Of a stretch of DNA of 64,000 nt, positions 61,430 through 64,000 are shown in pieces. The notes below the pieces were generated by a model. The model was given only the letters and a program-made list of their open reading frames with translations, did not search any database and was not told the origin of the DNA. The stretch's first letter is position 1. Each line of letters begins with the position of its first letter. Both the position numbers and the translations under genes were made by a program. This DNA is from Elusimicrobiota bacterium (GTDB lineage Bacteria > Elusimicrobiota > Elusimicrobia > UBA1565 > UBA9628): positions 5,519 through 69,518 of the forward strand of contig JACQPG010000050.1 of assembly GCA_016207665.1 (NCBI GenBank), written 5' to 3'.

Positions 61430-62364
61430 TGGCTTTGGGTGAGCTTTCGGAATACTTCCTCGAGACTGAGCTTCTCCTGTCTCATGGCCATGATGGGCCA
61501 GCGCTTGAGGGAGGCCAGATTGAACACTTCCTCGCGCAGGTCCCGACCGGCCTCCGACTCGATGATGAAGCCCGAGCAGCCCGAGCCGGTCTGGCTTTCG
61601 GGCCGCACCGAGGTGGCGCCCTCGAGGCCTTGGAACGACGTCTCGATGGCCTCTCGAGGTCCCTTCAATTCGATGTAAAGGCGATTCTTGTTTTGCACAT
61701 CCCCGGAGATCTGCTCGGGCGTGCCGTCGGCCACGATGCGGCCGCTGTTGATGATGATGACGCGATCACAGGTGGCCGTGACCTCCGGAAGTATATGGGT
61801 CGAAAGAAGCACGGTCTTTTCCTGGCGGAGCTCGCGGATGAGCGAGCGCACCTCCTGGACCTGGTTGGGATCGAGGCCCGAGGTGGGCTCATCCAATATG
61901 AGAACGTCAGGGTCATGCACTATGGCTTGGGCCAGGCCCAGCCTCTGCCGATACCCCTTGGAGAGCTCGCCGACTTTCTTGCCGATCTCCCTTTTGAGCC
62001 CGCAGGCGCGGAGCACGAGCTTGACTCTTTCCCAGCGCTCCTTTGGGTCGTTCAAGCCCCGCAATTTGGCCACGTAATGAAGCGAGTCCGTGAGCTCGAA
62101 GTCGTCGTAGAGTGGGTTGTTTTCCGGAAGATAGCCGAGTCTCTGCCGCACCGAAAGGGGATCGGCGGACACGTCCTGGCCCATCAACTCAGCCCGGCCC
62201 TCGTCCGGCGGCAGATAGGCGGTCAGCAGGCGCATCGTGGTGGTCTTGCCGGCGCCGTTGGGGCCCAAAAACCCCACCACCTGGCCTCGCGGTATCTCGA
62301 AATCGAGATGGTCCACCGCGACGCGAGAGTCGAATTTCTTTGTCAAGGAGACGGCTCGGATCAT
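61426..62364 (-). CDS. ABC transporter ATP-binding protein (GldA-like)
   Basis: Walker A GPNGAGKTT, LSKGYRQRLGLA, Walker B LILDEPTSGLD, H-loop STHIL. Confidence 0.9.
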   Translation of the reverse strand: MIRAVSLTKKFDSRVAVDHLDFEIPRGQVVGFLGPNGAGKTTTMRLLTAYLPPDEGRAELMGQDVSADPLSVRQRLGYLPENNPLYDDFELTDSLHYVAKLRGLNDPKERWERVKLVLRACGLKREIGKKVGELSKGYRQRLGLAQAIVHDPDVLILDEPTSGLDPNQVQEVRSLIRELRQEKTVLLSTHILPEVTATCDRVIIINSGRIVADGTPEQISGDVQNKNRLYIELKGPREAIETSFQGLEGATSVRPESQTGSGCSGFIIESEAGRDLREEVFNLASLKRWPIMAMRQEKLSLEEVFRKLTQSQ

Positions 62365-62477
62365 CCCCTAATTATTAAAAAAAATACACGGCCCAGATCA
62401 AGACCTATTACCACCGGGACCAATAGACCTACAAAGATATGGGCCTAACGACCCAGGCCAGCGGAGGTCTCGGTCGC

Positions 62478-62483
62478 CTATAA
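62478..62483 (+). promoter_or_regulatory. TATAAT -10 box 8 nt upstream of the GTG at 62491
   Basis: Perfect TATAAT in a lower-GC intergenic region. May give a (near-)leaderless transcript. Confidence 0.35.
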
Positions 62484-62490
62484 TCGTAGG

Positions 62491-64000
62491 GTGGTGCGAG
62501 CTATCCTTATATTGGCCGCGCTTGGCATCGCGGGCTCGGCGTGGAGCAAGACCCAGCGTTCGGCTCCCCGGGGCCGAGGCGCGGTGCAAGCGCCGAGCCG
62601 GGCCGGGAACGCGACAAGGACTCTCGCTCCCAGCGTCTTCGCGCCTCGATCGGGATCAGGTTTTCGCTCTGATGGCGTCGTTACGGGCGCGACCAGCGCC
62701 GATGTGGGGCTAACCGAGGCGGATGCCTCGCCGACGGCGCAGGCCGAGCCCGCGCCGCTAGAGGCCGCGGCCGTCCGACATCGATCCCCATCCATCGCCG
62801 CGGGCACGGAAAGAGAGCTCAAGGCCGCCGTGACGGAGATCACGAGACGGCCGGAGCAAGGCTCCGCGGCCCAGGTTCTTTCCTCGATTTTCGAAGCGGC
62901 CAGGCGCAGACAGGATTCCTTGCCCGACCTTCCCGAGGCCCGGAGAGGCTCGGGTCAAGGCGATGCGGCCCACATTGACGGGCGGCTGGCCCGCACCGTG
63001 GCCTTGGCCGAGTCAGCCCGGGGAGAAAACGCGCCCTCTCTATACAAAGACGCCTTGCGCCAGGCCGAAGAGGCGGTTCGAGAGGGACTCTTGGGCGCCG
63101 ACACGGCCCGTATGGTCAAGGAGATCGTGTTGCGTTCGGCTCGCGCCAGGGCTCCCGCGGCCTTGAGCGCGCTTACGCAGGAAGCCCTTCAGGCGGCCGC
63201 GGGCGGCTCGCAGGCCGAGCGAAGGTTCAAGGGAGCGCTGGCGGGCTTGGCCGGATGGGAAGCGCTCTTAGGAAGTCCCGGGCGGCCCTTCATTCTCAAT
63301 CTTGGGCTGCTTCAAAGATTCTTGTCCGAGGCTTTCAGCCCGGCTCGCTCCTTTTCCCAAGGCTATGGCGCCGCTCCTCCGATAAGCTTCGAGCCCCGAG
63401 AGGGCGGATTGATAGCCAGGCTTCCCCCCTCCTCCTTGGCGAGAGTGCCTTCCCGTCTGGCCGCTTCCTTTAGCCTGAGCGGCGCATCCGCTGGGACCTT
63501 GGCCGCCGAGGGCCGATCATGGGATGAGCCCAGCGGCTCGCTCTGGGATGACGCCCTCCGGATCTATGCCTATCATGAACCTAGGGGCGCTCTCGGCGCC
63601 GCCTGGCGCGCCGGCGTTTTCTTGACCCGCAGAGCCGCGGCCGGCGCCGCTTGGAGCGGTTATTATCTCATCGCCGATCGTTTGGGCCGCGGTCCGGCTT
63701 GGCGGCCAGGCTCGGCTCGGGGCTTCACCGTGACCGGACCGACGAAAATCGGACAGCCGGTCGACCCGTCCACGATGGAGATGTTCGCCCGATTGGAATC
63801 TTTGCGGCGCTCCCAGGCCTTGTTCCTGGGCGGCCTAGCCCGCATGCCGCTGCGCCTATCCGCGGTCCGTTCGGAGTTGCTGGCCGCGTCGGAGCAGGCC
63901 GCGCGGGCCTATGGCGCCCTCAGCGGCGACCCCTCGGCCGAGCGCTCGGTCAAGCTTTTCGCCGCCAGGCTCGAGCGAGAGGCCGAGCTGTTGGATGTGG
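62491..64000 (+). CDS. secreted Ala/Arg-rich hypothetical protein, 3' end beyond window
   Basis: Frame open from GTG 62491/62494 to the window end (about 503 codons, no stop, so absent from the ORF track). N-terminus VVRAILILAALGIAGSAWS is signal-peptide-like. Confidence 0.55.
   Translation, partial: MVRAILILAALGIAGSAWSKTQRSAPRGRGAVQAPSRAGNATRTLAPSVFAPRSGSGFRSDGVVTGATSADVGLTEADASPTAQAEPAPLEAAAVRHRSPSIAAGTERELKAAVTEITRRPEQGSAAQVLSSIFEAARRRQDSLPDLPEARRGSGQGDAAHIDGRLARTVALAESARGENAPSLYKDALRQAEEAVREGLLGADTARMVKEIVLRSARARAPAALSALTQEALQAAAGGSQAERRFKGALAGLAGWEALLGSPGRPFILNLGLLQRFLSEAFSPARSFSQGYGAAPPISFEPREGGLIARLPPSSLARVPSRLAASFSLSGASAGTLAAEGRSWDEPSGSLWDDALRIYAYHEPRGALGAAWRAGVFLTRRAAAGAAWSGYYLIADRLGRGPAWRPGSARGFTVTGPTKIGQPVDPSTMEMFARLESLRRSQALFLGGLARMPLRLSAVRSELLAASEQAARAYGALSGDPSAERSVKLFAARLEREAELLDV

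Noticed and set aside
1-64000. CRISPR arrays, rRNA genes, intact prophage or integron
   Set aside because: No series of short direct repeats with unique spacers was seen. There are no rRNA-like conserved stretches. No integrase, recombinase, capsid, terminase or attC-like sites were found; only decayed mobile remnants near tRNA-His.

Overview
High-GC (roughly two-thirds G+C by eye) bacterial chromosomal segment, densely coded on both strands, with many 4-nt start/stop overlaps (ATGA/GTGA). No rRNA genes, CRISPR array or intact prophage were seen.

Main content, left to right:
- a partial CCA-adding tRNA nucleotidyltransferase;
- a phd/yefM-relE toxin-antitoxin pair;
- a fatty-acid-CoA ligase;
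- a long minus-strand peptide-uptake operon (AsnC/Lrp RAM-domain protein, oppD, oppF, OPT-family oligopeptide transporter, mazEF toxin-antitoxin, substrate-binding protein, two ABC permeases);
- a compact synthase-dependent exopolysaccharide-like locus (membrane-anchored glycoside-hydrolase-like protein, secreted protein, DUF192, HEAT-repeat membrane protein, processive family-2 glycosyltransferase);
- an OmpR-type response regulator, an acyl-CoA carboxyltransferase beta subunit and a phosphopantetheinyl transferase;
- a PorV-like outer membrane protein, thiolase, inositol monophosphatase and hemD;
- a housekeeping block: PTS-IIA-like, def, fmt, PASTA protein, rpe, rpsP, KH protein, trmD, rplS, rnhB, yraN;
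- a Tol/Ton-like cluster (TonB/TolA-like, large TPR protein, ExbB, two ExbD, Pal-like degenerate OmpA-domain protein, Pro-rich GYF-like membrane protein);
- punA, thymidine phosphorylase, upp; an FNR-like regulator; secreted proteins; a CPA2 antiporter;
- a decayed islet around tRNA-His (truncated AtoE, GNAT, small S26 peptidase, tail-fibre-motif Cys-rich protein, 5'-truncated esterase, IS5-family transposase fragment);
- an EamA transporter, TPR protein, HtrA protease, a badly degraded RND pump remnant, a family-4 glycosyltransferase, a DUF4340 protein, and a GldG/GldF/GldA-type ABC system;
- an unlisted partial ORF running off the right edge.

The PorV-like protein, the type IX secretion sorting-domain remnant, the GldA/F/G-type ABC system and the exbB-exbD-exbD-tonB arrangement point to an FCB-superphylum-like organism.

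The most novel-looking item is the Pga-like exopolysaccharide locus at 12.6-18.6 kb. Its glycosyltransferase ORF continues in frame into a segment with its own signal peptide and an outer-membrane beta-barrel-like C-terminus.
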